From NCBI GenBank assembly GCA_964512025.1, contig CAZEHM010000009.1:3162-67161 (forward strand): a stretch of DNA of 64,000 nt, read 5' to 3'. A program made the position numbers and the translations under genes. Source of the DNA: an uncultured Nitrospira sp. (lineage in GTDB: Bacteria > Nitrospirota > Nitrospiria > Nitrospirales > Nitrospiraceae). Below the pieces are notes generated by a model. That model saw only the letters and a list, made by a program, of their open reading frames with translations. It did no database searches and was not told the DNA's origin. Below, one piece after another: positions 1-11,400 of this stretch (position 1 is the stretch's first letter; each line of letters starts with the position of its first letter).

Positions 1-541
1 CCGCGATGCCCATGAAGAGCGCCGCCAGAACAGGGACCCGGCGGCTCAAGACAACGGCCAACGCAAAGGTCGCCGTCGTATGGCCAGACGGGAAGGAGTC
101 GAACCCGGAGGCCAGTGACGGCGCAATCGACCAATCTCCCGATGTGGAAAATTTCGGCCGGGGCCGGCCGATGAGATGCTTCACTGTATGCACAAGCACC
201 GTCGCCAACCCGTGCGCCCACAGAGTTTGCACCCCGGTGACGAGGCCGCGCGACGCCGGGAGCAACCACCCGACGGCCAGCAGGATCGCGCTGACGATCA
301 GCAACTGCCGCCCGTCGCCTATCCAGTTTCCGGCATGACTGACGAATGCCATCCACGGAACCGTCAACGTCCCGCCGCCTTCCGGCGTCGTGATCGTACG
401 CAGATACCGGGCGACCGGGCCGTCGAGCTGGCGCAAACCCCACAGGACGCAGCCGAACGCCGCACACAGACAGGCCAGGGATGCGGGACGGGAGATTCGT
501 GCCCCCCGTCCGGCCGGAGCAACTGGATCAGAACTATCCAT
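1..541 (-). CDS. PAP2-family phosphatase (3' end runs off the window)
   Basis: Not in the ORF track. Manual minus-strand translation from ATG 541 gives hydrophobic segments, then VKHLIGRPRP...FDSFPSGH, the PAP2 C1/C2 motifs. Confidence 0.85.
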   Translation of the reverse strand, partial: MDSSDPVAPAGRGARISRPASLACLCAAFGCVLWGLRQLDGPVARYLRTITTPEGGGTLTVPWMAFVSHAGNWIGDGRQLLIVSAILLAVGWLLPASRGLVTGVQTLWAHGLATVLVHTVKHLIGRPRPKFSTSGDWSIAPSLASGFDSFPSGHTTATFALAVVLSRRVPVLAALFMGIA

Positions 542-570
542 GCGACCGATTACTCATCACAGATCCCGCC

Positions 571-1725
571 TTACGGTACCCACTCGGCCAGGAAGACATT
601 GAACTCGCCCGGCTGTTTCGCATTCCGGTCGGACACCCAAACGACGCGTTTGCCGTCCGGCGAAAACATCGGGAAGCTGTTGAATTCGCCCTCGAACGTC
701 AGGCGCTCCAGCCCGGCGCCGTCCTCGCCCACGAGATAGAGATGAAAGCTGGGCCGGCCGCCCTCACCGCGGGTTTCCACGTTCGAGGAAAACACGATCC
801 GCTTCCCGTCCGGATGGAAGAAGGGTGAAAAATTCGACGCACCGTTCGATGTCACCTGGCGCTTTCCACTGCCGTCGGCATTCATCACGAACAGTTCCAG
901 CTGCCCCGGCTCCACCAGCCGCTGGCTCAGCAACTCTTTATAGCGCGCGATCTCCGCCGGATCCGTGGGATGCGACGCCCGATAGACAATGCGTTTGCTG
1001 TCCGGGGAAAAGAACGCCCCGCCGTCGTACCCGACATCGTCGGTCAGACGGCGATGATGGGATCCGTCCAGATCCATCGCGTAAATATCCAAATCACCGT
1101 CCCTGACCGAGGTCCAGATGATGGTTTTGCCGTCCGGCGACACGGTAGCCTCCGCATCGTAACCCGGGGTATTGGTCAACCGCTGCATCTCCTGTCCGTC
1201 GATACGTGCGGCAAAGAGATCATAGTCGTCGAGCGCCCAGCGATAGGCGCCTTCGCGCTTCGGTTTGGGCGGACAGTTCGGCCCGTGGAGATGCGTGGAC
1301 GAATAGAGAATCCGCCGATCGCCCGGGAAGAAATAGCCGCAGGTTGTGGAGCCGGACCCGGTGCTCACGAGGCGGACGCTTTCGCTATCCAAATCCATCA
1401 CATACATCTGATAACAGCCCAGCGGAATGTCGTCCGGCTTCAGCGTAGCCGCATAGGTATCTTTCATCCAGTTGTTGGTCGACTGGAAAATCAGCTTATT
1501 TCCCGAGAAGGAAAAGTAGGCTTCGGCGTTTTGCCGGCCGAAGGTCAGCTGTTTGATATTCTTGAAATGCCGTTCGGCACTGGCCTGGGCTGGAGCCTTG
1601 GCCGGCGCAGCGCTTTTTGCACGGTCGGCCGCCGAGCCGATCTGCGGCCATAGCAACAACGCGACCGCTGAACCGATCAGACCGCCCATCAGAAGACCGC
1701 GTACTCGGTTACTGCTGTTCTTCAA
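571..1725 (-). CDS. Secreted TolB-like PD40/WD40 beta-propeller protein
   Basis: Signal peptide; repeated SPDGK/FSPDSK/FHPDGK blades; AAGGAGG RBS before the TTG start. Confidence 0.85.
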   Translation of the reverse strand: MKNSSNRVRGLLMGGLIGSAVALLLWPQIGSAADRAKSAAPAKAPAQASAERHFKNIKQLTFGRQNAEAYFSFSGNKLIFQSTNNWMKDTYAATLKPDDIPLGCYQMYVMDLDSESVRLVSTGSGSTTCGYFFPGDRRILYSSTHLHGPNCPPKPKREGAYRWALDDYDLFAARIDGQEMQRLTNTPGYDAEATVSPDGKTIIWTSVRDGDLDIYAMDLDGSHHRRLTDDVGYDGGAFFSPDSKRIVYRASHPTDPAEIARYKELLSQRLVEPGQLELFVMNADGSGKRQVTSNGASNFSPFFHPDGKRIVFSSNVETRGEGGRPSFHLYLVGEDGAGLERLTFEGEFNSFPMFSPDGKRVVWVSDRNAKQPGEFNVFLAEWVP

Positions 1726-3931
1726 GTCGAACCTCCTTCATTGCCTGATACTCCTGCCACATGTCTCGTTTCGTCACGGTGCCTTCATCAAAGACGACCG
1801 CGCTCTGCCATCCATAAAAAAAGAGGAGTCGCGCCACCTTCGTAGCGGCCGCTGGATCCATCGCATAGAGCACCGTCACCACTGAACCAGGGGCATCCGG
1901 GCGGTGACAGGAGAAAATCGCTGCCATGCGGCGGCCTTCGTACGATGCTCCCCCAAGGCGAAATCCCTCCGGACCCACCGTCACCAATTCCCCGCAGGCC
2001 TTCGCAATCAACGATTGTACCTGACTCTGGTGGTCCGGCGTCGCGATAATCAACACGGATCCCGATCCGGGCAACGCCTCGCTGGTCCCCGGCAGGACAA
2101 CCGTCTTGCGATCCGGCGCAGGCTGAGCATTTTGCGCCTCGATCCGCGCCACCAGTTCCTTGAACGGCGTCGCGGTATCGGGAAACAACGGCAACACGGC
2201 TTTGTGCCGATCGGTCACAAAGAGGTTCAGTACCGGGGCCAGTTGTTCCCGCTTCAGCCGTAGGAGACTCATGTATGCGGGATCGATCGAGACCTTCAAT
2301 GGCGCTCCCGGGACCACCAGATCGATTTCTTGTTGCTCCGCAGACAACGCGACCGACGCCGAGTATGTCGATCCCTTCATCGCGATGGACAGTGGCAGAA
2401 TGAACCGGAAGGCTCCGCCGTCCCGCGCGAGTGCAATCCGCAGTCTATAGGTGCCGGGCTGATCCCGGTTAAGAGATGCCGTTGCCTCTGAAATGGCCAC
2501 GGCTGGCGCGCCGGACCGCTCGACCCACTGCGCAAAGAACCAGCGCAATTCCTGTCCGCTCACCGTCACAAACACTCGCTCGAGATCCTGCCAGTCGGCA
2601 TGCCGCCCCGACAGATCTGCGACCAACTGCTTCACCCCACGCCAGAAAGCGGCATCACCGATTTCCATCCGGAGCTGGTGAAACACCATCGCCGCTTTTT
2701 GATAGCCGATGGCATTGTCTTGTTCATCGCTCTTCCGATGAAACGCCGCGATGGGATAATCCCGCTCCGGCGTGACATACAGACTGTAGCCCTGCAGCAT
2801 CATCCGCCGCTGCTCGCGCGCCTGCCGATCATCGCGGGTCAACTCGTGCCAGTAATAATTCGTCAGATACGTCGTCAGCCCCTCTACCCAGTTGCCGCTC
2901 TCCGGGCGGTTCCACACCGAATTGCCGATCCAGGAATGAACGATCTCATGCCCTAACGCATAGGGCTGGGTATAGTGCCGCTTGATGCTGCCGCTCCCCA
3001 ACAGCGTGAAAGACGGCATGCCCAAACCGCTCGCAAAGAAGTTTTCCACCACGGCGAACTGCTCGAAAGGGAAGGGCCCCAGCAGTGGAACATAGGCCTC
3101 AAGATATTGAGCCGTCGCATCCAGATATTCGTCCGCTAATGCGGCATCGTCGGGAAATAAATAGGTTGCCAGATGGACCGATTGTCCGCTTGGACTCTTC
3201 CAATCCCGCTCCTTGACCAAAAAACGATTCGCGACCAGTGTGAGCGCTTCCGTGACACCCGACTCCCACGTCTGCAGAGTACGGCACGATTCAGAAGAAC
3301 GGGGATTCGGGCAATTCTCTTTCGTTCCCGCGCGCCCCTGACTGACCGTCGTCCATCCATCGGGCATTTCCACTGTCAGTGAATACGAGGCCAGTGATCC
3401 GGCCAGATCGGGATACCAACCTGTTTCACTGCTCAAGTAGACGCCTTCCGGACCGATATGCCCGGAGGTTTCGCTCGGAGTCACGAATCGCAGATGCCGC
3501 GGTTCACGCGGCGGATCATCGATCACCCCGCGATACCGCCACTCCAGCGTCAGCTCGCCGGATTGATGCTCCGGCAATGACAAACGGAGGGAGTTCAGAT
3601 TTGAATCGGTCGCAGCCTCGCCGGCCGAGATCGTGAGAGGCGTCGCTCGTTCCTCATCTCCAACCCGAGCGACAAGCGCGATTGCGTCGGGGCGTAACGA
3701 CTTGGCCAGGGTGAATTCAAGCGGATGCCGGGCGTCGCTGACTCGTATGACCATCCGATCAACGACGGTCAGCTGATGCCGGTCTGGATCGATGCTGACG
3801 TGAAGTTCGTGCCGGATAATGACAGGGGCGGACACAGGAAGACTGCCGGCCTGCCCTTGAGAAAGAGACACGAGCAGCGACAGCCCTATTACACAAGAGA
3901 AGAAACCTAAACGAGCGCGTCCGACTGGCAT
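1709..3931 (-). CDS. Secreted M1-family (gluzincin) aminopeptidase-like protein
   Basis: HEIVH...NWVEG (HExxH-x18-E) and YQKAAM motif; signal peptide; start placed at ATG 3931, just after the upstream stop. Confidence 0.85.
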   Translation of the reverse strand: MPVGRARLGFFSCVIGLSLLVSLSQGQAGSLPVSAPVIIRHELHVSIDPDRHQLTVVDRMVIRVSDARHPLEFTLAKSLRPDAIALVARVGDEERATPLTISAGEAATDSNLNSLRLSLPEHQSGELTLEWRYRGVIDDPPREPRHLRFVTPSETSGHIGPEGVYLSSETGWYPDLAGSLASYSLTVEMPDGWTTVSQGRAGTKENCPNPRSSESCRTLQTWESGVTEALTLVANRFLVKERDWKSPSGQSVHLATYLFPDDAALADEYLDATAQYLEAYVPLLGPFPFEQFAVVENFFASGLGMPSFTLLGSGSIKRHYTQPYALGHEIVHSWIGNSVWNRPESGNWVEGLTTYLTNYYWHELTRDDRQAREQRRMMLQGYSLYVTPERDYPIAAFHRKSDEQDNAIGYQKAAMVFHQLRMEIGDAAFWRGVKQLVADLSGRHADWQDLERVFVTVSGQELRWFFAQWVERSGAPAVAISEATASLNRDQPGTYRLRIALARDGGAFRFILPLSIAMKGSTYSASVALSAEQQEIDLVVPGAPLKVSIDPAYMSLLRLKREQLAPVLNLFVTDRHKAVLPLFPDTATPFKELVARIEAQNAQPAPDRKTVVLPGTSEALPGSGSVLIIATPDHQSQVQSLIAKACGELVTVGPEGFRLGGASYEGRRMAAIFSCHRPDAPGSVVTVLYAMDPAAATKVARLLFFYGWQSAVVFDEGTVTKRDMWQEYQAMKEVRLEEQQ

Positions 3932-3941
3932 CGGAAGGGTT

Positions 3942-4727
3942 TTAACACTCGCGGCAGACGAGCACAAGCTGGATGGCGGTCAACAGACGATCCAGGGCAA
4001 TCGGTTTGCCCAGCACTTCCTGAGGTCCCAGCGCCCAGGCCTCTTCGAGCATCTCCTCATTATGGCTCCCCGTCATGATGATCACGCCGCCCGGATACTC
4101 TTTTTCCCGGAGCGCTTTCAGCACGTCGATTCCGGAAAGTCCCGGCATCACCATATCGAGCAACAACAGATCAGGCGCCGCCTCTTCGACGACCCGTAGC
4201 GCTTCATATCCATCCTTCACGCCCAACGCCCGATACCCGCGCAAGCTGAGAAATTGCACCAGCAGGTCGCGCACGAGCGGATCGTCGTCGACCACCAGCA
4301 CCGACTCGGCAGCCTCCTGCCCTAATATCGCTGACATCGGAGAAACCGGCGTAGGATTGGGCCGGACCGGCAACTGAGACACCCTGTGCACGGCCTCGAC
4401 AAGAATATCGAGCGACAGGCCGCGCCGGATGAAATCGGTAACCCGCAGCGAGCGCGCCTGATTCTCCTGGACCTCGGTGGCTCCCCCCCCCAAAATAATA
4501 ACCGGCGCTTCAGGATCGATGGCCCGAATCTCTTTGAGGACCGTCAACCCGTCCATTTCCGGCATCCGCAGATCGAGCAATGTGATACGCGGAGCATGCT
4601 TGCGAAACAGATTCAACCCTTCGCGGCCGCTGGTCGTGGTAATGACCTGATACCCGTGACGCGTCAACACGGTCTGAAGCAGATCGCAATTCATCTGGTC
4701 ATCATCGACGATTAAGATCTTGATCAT
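3942..4727 (-). CDS. Response regulator with two receiver domains and no output domain
   Basis: ILIVDDD...LLDLRMP and VLVVDDD...LLDMVMP...MTG...GKP. Confidence 0.9.
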   Translation of the reverse strand: MIKILIVDDDQMNCDLLQTVLTRHGYQVITTTSGREGLNLFRKHAPRITLLDLRMPEMDGLTVLKEIRAIDPEAPVIILGGGATEVQENQARSLRVTDFIRRGLSLDILVEAVHRVSQLPVRPNPTPVSPMSAILGQEAAESVLVVDDDPLVRDLLVQFLSLRGYRALGVKDGYEALRVVEEAAPDLLLLDMVMPGLSGIDVLKALREKEYPGGVIIMTGSHNEEMLEEAWALGPQEVLGKPIALDRLLTAIQLVLVCREC

Positions 4728-4829
4728 GCGAATCTACTGCCTCCGGATCGGCTAAATGCTATTGAAGACATAGGCCATCACAAAGCCCACCATAGCACAG
4801 GGCCTTCGGAGCGAAAAGAAAATGGCGGG

Positions 4830-5765
4830 TTATGAGCGGTTGGCCGGTTGGCCGAATAAAGCGGCGATGAAGGCTTCCTGATTGAAGTCCTGCAGATCCT
4901 CGACTCCTTCGCCCACACCGATCAAACGGACGGGGAGCTTCAGTTCTTCTGCTATGGCCACGACAATCCCTCCGCGCGCCGTCCCATCGAGCTTAGTGAG
5001 CGCCAGCCCCGTGACACCGACGACTTCCTTGAACTGCCGCGCTTGCGCCAACGCATTCTGGCCGACCGTCGCATCCAGCACCAACAGAATCTCATGCGGC
5101 GCGCCCGGCAGCGCCTGCCCGATCACCCGGACAATCTTCCGCAACTCCTCCATCAAATTTGATTTCGTATGCAACCGGCCGGCCGTATCGATGAGCACGA
5201 CATCGGCGGCACGCGCCTTGGCCGCCACGATGCCGTCGAATGCCACGGCCGCCGGATCCGCACCATGCCGATGCCGAATCACATCGACTCCGACCCGATC
5301 CGCCCACACTTGCAGCTGATCGATCGCCGCCGCGCGAAAGGTATCTCCGGCCACGAGCAGGGGGCGCCGACCGTTTTGTACAAATCGCTGCGCCATCTTG
5401 GCAATGGTCGTCGTTTTCCCGACTCCATTGACGCCCACCATCAAGACCACAAACGGCTTCGGCCCTTTCTCGATCAGCTGTTCCAGCGACGGCCCTTGCA
5501 CCGGCGCTAAGACGCTGTACAAGCTCCGGCTCAATACGTTCTGCAACGCCTCAGAATTGGCCGCATCCGCCCCTCTGGCATGCTCGCGCACATGCGTCAT
5601 CAACCGGTCAACCACCCGCACGCCTAAATCTGCCGTCAGCAGCGCGGCTTCCAACTCCTCCAGCATCGCCGGATCCGGCGTACGGCCCAACACACGATCC
5701 AACGATTGCCGGACGACCTGACGCGTCTTGCTGAGACCATCACTCAGCCGCTGAAACCATCCCAT
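4830..5765 (-). CDS. ftsY: SRP receptor FtsY
   Basis: GVNGVGKTTT, DTFRAAA, DTAGR, TKLDGTARGG. Confidence 0.97.
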   Translation of the reverse strand: MGWFQRLSDGLSKTRQVVRQSLDRVLGRTPDPAMLEELEAALLTADLGVRVVDRLMTHVREHARGADAANSEALQNVLSRSLYSVLAPVQGPSLEQLIEKGPKPFVVLMVGVNGVGKTTTIAKMAQRFVQNGRRPLLVAGDTFRAAAIDQLQVWADRVGVDVIRHRHGADPAAVAFDGIVAAKARAADVVLIDTAGRLHTKSNLMEELRKIVRVIGQALPGAPHEILLVLDATVGQNALAQARQFKEVVGVTGLALTKLDGTARGGIVVAIAEELKLPVRLIGVGEGVEDLQDFNQEAFIAALFGQPANRS

Positions 5766-5767
5766 CG

Positions 5768-6268
5768 CTATCCTCTCCTCGTCGCAAGTGACCGCGCGCG
5801 AATCCGACTCACCCGTGGCACCGTGACCAAAGTAGGAACAGGCTCTAGAGTTCGCAGCACCCTCTGTTCACGAAGTTTCATACGACGCGCTTCCGCCGTA
5901 CTCCGCTCGTGATCGTAGCCGCAGAGATGCAAGACTCCATGAACAAGCAGCCAGGCCAGTTCCTCGCTCAACGATCGGCCACCCTCTTTGGCCTGCCGCC
6001 GCGCCGTCGGCAGGGAAATGACGACATCGCCGAGCAGTGCCGACACAGGACTAGACGATTCCCGCATAGCAAAGGCCAACACATCGGTGGTACGGTCCTT
6101 CTTTCGATACTGGCGGTTCAAACGACGCATTCGCCCGTCGCCCACAAGATCCAGGCTGAGTTCAGATTGTGCTTCACCGACGGCGACGAGCACACGCTCC
6201 GCCAAGCGCCTCAACGTGGCCCCGCGCACCGTCACTCGAATAAGGCGCACTCGCAGATAGACAGCCAT
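5768..6268 (-). CDS. ybeY: rRNA maturation endoribonuclease YbeY
   Basis: HGVLHLCGYDH, TDVLAF, LGDVVIS. Confidence 0.96.
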   Translation of the reverse strand: MAVYLRVRLIRVTVRGATLRRLAERVLVAVGEAQSELSLDLVGDGRMRRLNRQYRKKDRTTDVLAFAMRESSSPVSALLGDVVISLPTARRQAKEGGRSLSEELAWLLVHGVLHLCGYDHERSTAEARRMKLREQRVLRTLEPVPTLVTVPRVSRIRARSLATRRG

Positions 6269-7333
6269 TTAGTGGGATTGGCCCGAGGAGCCCCGGGGCG
6301 GAGAGCCGGAGGAAGACCACTTGTTGGAACCGTCCGGGGAGGAGGATGGCGGTGCCGGGCCTCGAGCCAGTCTCGGATCACCGCCGGTCGCAGATTGATG
6401 CCGGTCGTAGGCCTTGACGATGTCCTGAACCAGCCGGTGACGCACGACATCCTTCTCGTCGAAATAGACGAATCCAATCCCCTCGACATCCCGCAAGATC
6501 TCTTTCACTTCGACAAGACCGGACATTCGCTCCGACGGCAAGTCGATCTGAGTGATATCTCCGGTCACGACGACCTTCGAATGAAATCCCAGTCGAGTGA
6601 GGAACATTTTCATCTGTTCGGCCGTCGCATTCTGAGCTTCGTCCAAAATAACGAACGAGTCATTCAAGGTGCGCCCGCGCATGAACGCCAACGGTGCAAT
6701 CTCAATGTCCCCTCGTTCAATCATGCGATTGGCCCGTTCCATATCCATCATGTCAAACAACGCATCATAGAGCGGGCGCAAATAGGGATTCACCTTCGCA
6801 TACATATCACCAGGAAGGAAACCAAGCTTTTCGCCGGCTTCAACCGCAGGCCGAGCCAGAATGATACGGCTCACTTCTTTCTTCATTAAGGCACTCACCG
6901 CCATCGCCATAGCCAGATAGGTCTTGCCAGTCCCTGCAGGTCCGATGGCAATCACGATATCGTGCGTATCGATAGCCTCAATGTAGGCTTTCTGTGTGGG
7001 AGATTTAGGACCCACGAACCGCTTCTTCGTCACAATAGACGTGGCGTTGACCAACACCTCTTTAATAGAGACATCCGGAGTCTGGCGTAACGCGGTGAGC
7101 GCGTGTGTCACGTCATCCGCTTGAAGCACCAGGCCTTCGTTGGTGAGATTGGCGAGTTCGAAAAGAATCCGTTCAGCTTGGCGAGTGGCGTCAGGAAGAC
7201 CGTCGAGAGTGACTTCTTCTCCACGTGCGGACAGCCGCACGCCGAGATCATCCTCAATCAACTTGAGGTGCCGGTCATGGTGACCGAAGAGGGCGGCAGT
7301 ATTAGTGCCTTCTCGTAGTTTCAGTTTACGCAC
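6269..7333 (-). CDS. phoH: PhoH-family ATPase
   Basis: GPAGTGKT, RPAVEAGEKLGFLPG, RGRTL, DEAQN, VVRH. Confidence 0.95.
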   Translation of the reverse strand: MRKLKLREGTNTAALFGHHDRHLKLIEDDLGVRLSARGEEVTLDGLPDATRQAERILFELANLTNEGLVLQADDVTHALTALRQTPDVSIKEVLVNATSIVTKKRFVGPKSPTQKAYIEAIDTHDIVIAIGPAGTGKTYLAMAMAVSALMKKEVSRIILARPAVEAGEKLGFLPGDMYAKVNPYLRPLYDALFDMMDMERANRMIERGDIEIAPLAFMRGRTLNDSFVILDEAQNATAEQMKMFLTRLGFHSKVVVTGDITQIDLPSERMSGLVEVKEILRDVEGIGFVYFDEKDVVRHRLVQDIVKAYDRHQSATGGDPRLARGPAPPSSSPDGSNKWSSSGSPPRGSSGQSH

Positions 7334-7431
7334 GAATGCGGGGTGGTCTCCCTCCTAAAAGTTCAGATGGTTTGATTCTATCAGAGAAGAAAAAGCAGAG
7401 ACAAGCAGAAGACGGAATGTGAAGAGCGCTA

Positions 7432-8403
7432 TTACGCGCCCGAGGACTTACCGGGAAGGCTGACGCCCAAGGCGAGATCAAATTCCTGGTAGGCTGTGCC
7501 TCCCTGACCATCCTTCGCCAAGACTTTGACGTGAAAGACTCCTCGGTTACCCGGCGGAATCATCCAGGTAATATGGCCGGAACCTGGCTCGATGGTCATT
7601 CCCGCCGGTGCCGTTTCCAATTCATAGGTCAAATGATCCCCGTCGGAATCCATCGCTCTGACCGTATATTCGTACTGATCGGGAGTCACCGGAGCAGGTG
7701 GGGTCGACACAATCGTAGGGGCAGTGTTGCCGAGCGTAACGACTTCGGAGCGCAGACTATTGCCTACGGCCTGAGAATCGCGTGCGGTCACTTCGACAGC
7801 CACTTTGTCTCGCGGGCTCATTCCAGTCGTATCGAGATACGCCTCTTCCCCATCCTTGATGACCGCATCATTCCGGAACCAGCGATAGATCACGTCCACT
7901 CGGTCATGGTCAAGATCGCTCGCCGTCACTTCCGCAGACAACTTACCCCCGGGCTGCAATGTCTGGGGCGCCAGGATCACCGCGGTGATTTGGGGGGCGG
8001 TATTACCGACTGTTGCAACCGGAGTCTTAACCGGTTTTCCCTTCTGTTTTCCATCGAACGGTGTAACCTCAACAGAAATCATTTGCCCGCGACGCAACAG
8101 TTCGGCTGCAAGGGTCGGATTGGTTTGCCCGATGATCGGAGCCTCATTCGCATACCACTGATAGGCATAGGTGATCGGATCTCGCTCGGGATCCTCAGCC
8201 AGCGCTTGGACTCCGACCGGTCCCGTCAAAGGAATCGGGTTCTGAAGAATTTTCGCCAAAACCATGACAGGAGGCCCATTTGCACCAGAGGATCCAGCCC
8301 CTTGTACCGGTTCAGAAGCAGTGCCTCCGGTACAGGCCGTTCCACTCAAAATGGCCAGCACGCCAGCAATAATACGTTGCCCATTGGATTTAATAACTAT
8401 CAT
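7432..8403 (-). CDS. Exported Ig-like repeat protein, possibly a lipoprotein, pilus-associated
   Basis: Signal ending GTAC; two internal repeats (D.D.D.V.Y.W..N...VEVT..D...GNTAP) and a C-terminal putative Ig (He_PIG-like) domain. Confidence 0.7.
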   Translation of the reverse strand: MIVIKSNGQRIIAGVLAILSGTACTGGTASEPVQGAGSSGANGPPVMVLAKILQNPIPLTGPVGVQALAEDPERDPITYAYQWYANEAPIIGQTNPTLAAELLRRGQMISVEVTPFDGKQKGKPVKTPVATVGNTAPQITAVILAPQTLQPGGKLSAEVTASDLDHDRVDVIYRWFRNDAVIKDGEEAYLDTTGMSPRDKVAVEVTARDSQAVGNSLRSEVVTLGNTAPTIVSTPPAPVTPDQYEYTVRAMDSDGDHLTYELETAPAGMTIEPGSGHITWMIPPGNRGVFHVKVLAKDGQGGTAYQEFDLALGVSLPGKSSGA

Positions 8404-8486
8404 CTTGTGTTATCGATCATTCTATTCCAAACGCTGAGCCGGCGATGGGACCTATCGGCAGCCATCGCCACCCTTCATACACAACG

Positions 8487-11400
8487 TCAGTCTCGTTGAT
8501 GTACCCAGCTGACGAACTTGCTGTAGAAATCATTGAGTGCGCTATTGGTACAGACGGCATTACCGCCGCTCATCTGATTGCAAATCTTGCCTCCTCCGTC
8601 TTCCCCTCCTACGTGCATGGATCCTGACGAGGCCAACCCGACCCCCAAATCCACTTTTGTCGTGATATTCGTATTGCCACCGGACGTGTTGGTTCCTACC
8701 ACAGGATACGTGGCGGCCGTTCCGGTCTTATAGAACAGGACATAGAGATAGCTCGCTCCGTCCGAGGCACAGAAGTTATTCGTCGGCACGAAGGTCGGCA
8801 GAAAGATTGTCCCGGCGATCAGCGTCGGATTGACGACTGACCGTTCGGCTGAATAGTTGACGCCGGCCAGCGTCACTGGCCCCGGCAGCGTAACCCGCCA
8901 CCCATCTTTACTTTGGACAAGCCCCATCATGGACGTGGTGCCGGATCCATTCACACTTGTCACACCGGCGTTCGTCGGGTCAGTGACCTGATTCGTCGCA
9001 CCGCTGCAAATGAGACAGACTACCGCATTGGTCACATCCACAAGATCATTGTTATAACAACTCGTAATGCTGGTTTCAGTACAGCCCGCACTCAATACCG
9101 AATCCTTGATTCCGTACAGTCGCTGAATGCTGTTATCCACTTTGTCTGCATTGCCGAAATAGCGTCCCGTTCCAAAGAATACCCAAACCTTGTTTGTATC
9201 ATCTATCGTCACCGCCGGAGCTGCGGCAATCGGTCCGACTTCATACGTACTCCCCGAAGGAGCATCATAGAAAGTATCGATGATTTCTGTCGGCACCCGG
9301 TTTCCTCCGCTGGCAATCCCCCAGGTCGCTGGGGTACAAGGGGCCGCAGGACACTTCATGGTCAAACGGTACATCTTCCCACGCCACGGGAGAGACCCAT
9401 CGTGAATCGTTCGCCCCACGTAGGCGACATCAGTCCGCCAATCGAGGTCTTTGTCTATACTGACGAGATGCCCCATAAAGGATCGGAAAGAGCCGGCCGG
9501 CATGGTGGTCAAGCTCCCCCCGGCCGCGACCTTCGGCCCGAACTTCAGATCCACCGCATAGAGACTTGCCGACTGGGCCGGAGCCGCAGGCAAATCTGCC
9601 TGATATCCGTTCGGCCCTGACCCGAATACCGCGAACCATTTTTCATTCACCGTTGATGTCACCGCATCTGTGTCAGGATTCATCCTGACCACGGTCGGAT
9701 AGCTCGTCGTGAGCCCTAATCCGCTATCGGTAAACGACCATAGGAGCTTCGGTCCGGCCGGATCTTCAGGATTTGTGACATCGAGTACAAAGTAGGCACT
9801 ATAGAAAGTCCTCGACACACCGCCGATGGTGGTCGTCATCGGAGGAGCCCCGGATCCTGCCGCACACTGACCGCAGCTGCCCCCCATGCGGAATCCACCA
9901 ATGAGAATCGTCCCCCACCCGCCCGGATGGTCCGCATCCGGAGTAAAGATTCTCGCTTCAGAAATAGTAGGCTTCAAATCGACATAATACACGTGCGTGT
10001 AATCAGTCCTGGCAAGCCACTGCAAGTGAGGAAGCAGTTCCTGTGGGATGAACGACCACAACTCTGACCCAAGATTCGGGCCGCTCGAATTATCAGTCGG
10101 ATTTTTCGTATACCACCCATGCTCCGTGACGCCGGCAGTCGTCGAGTCATCACCCTTGTGGTAATAGCCCCCATTGAAAGCATGAAGCATCCCGTCATTT
10201 GCCCCAACATAGACAACCTGCCGCCGATTGCGATATTGCTGATAGAACGCGTTGTAGGTGCTATCTCCATAATTTAAATCGTATCGGGCCTTTGGCGCGC
10301 CGACGATGGTCGGCGTTGAGTGGATCGGGTCACCTAACCGCCACACTTTGTAAGTTCCACTCCCCACCGGAACTTCAATCATCCGAGTGCGCAAGCCTGT
10401 GACTTCGTCCCCGCGAATGAAGTTAATGAGATTCATGGCGTTACTGCTCCCGGAACAGGCATCCCCCACATAGCGGAGATAGTCCCGGAGTGCGGCACAA
10501 TTTGCCGCATTGAAATCTTTCTGTTCTCCGGAATCGACGATGCCATTATTATTTGCGTCGGTCCACGTGAGAATTCTCCGCGACGCCGACGTCGCGTTCG
10601 CCAGTTCTTTCCCGGCTTCCCAAATCGGCACGATGGACTTGAGATCCGAGGTCAGAAGCGGGGTCGTGCTATCCGCCAACCCGTCCCCGTTCGCATCGAC
10701 AAATTTATCGACCAGCACTTTTTGATAGGTCGGGCTTAAGGGATTATTATCGTAACGCGTGGTGATAATCCGGTCCTGTGTATAGTTCAGCACTCCGTCC
10801 TGGACGGTATCTTCCCGGAAATTTCCGAACCCGTCGATGAACAGCGCATGGGTATAGCCAGTCCACTTGACGCTGGCACCACCCTGCCCTACGTCGCTGG
10901 TATAAAAATAGGCTTGATAGATCGATCCTTCTCCGGTGGACGCCGTCGCCAACACCGAAATCGATGTACCGGAAGCGCTCTTTCGGATAATCGCCGTGAT
11001 TGTGGCCATCAAGCGATCCTGCAGATCATCCACATTTGATGACTCAAAGTAGTTATCCGGAATCCCGTCCGTTCCCGGTGCACCAGTCGCGTTAATGACC
11101 TTGTCCCACTCCGACGTCAGATCGGGAAGATTATTCCCATTGGTATCCTCAAATCCTCCAAGCTTCGCCGTATGCATCAGAAGTTCACGGCCGGCAATGT
11201 TCCCGAAAGCGAAAAAAGTATAGAACGTGACGTTCTGAAAACCTTGCAAACAATGACCGGTGACACCGAGCACAGCGATCGTACCGTCGGCTGTCCCGCT
11301 GCATGGCCTTAAGTCATTGGTATGGGCCCAATAGGCCACATCGTCGAGATAATGATTCCCATTGTTGGCATAATCCGTCTTGTGTTCCCCCAGAAGAGTT

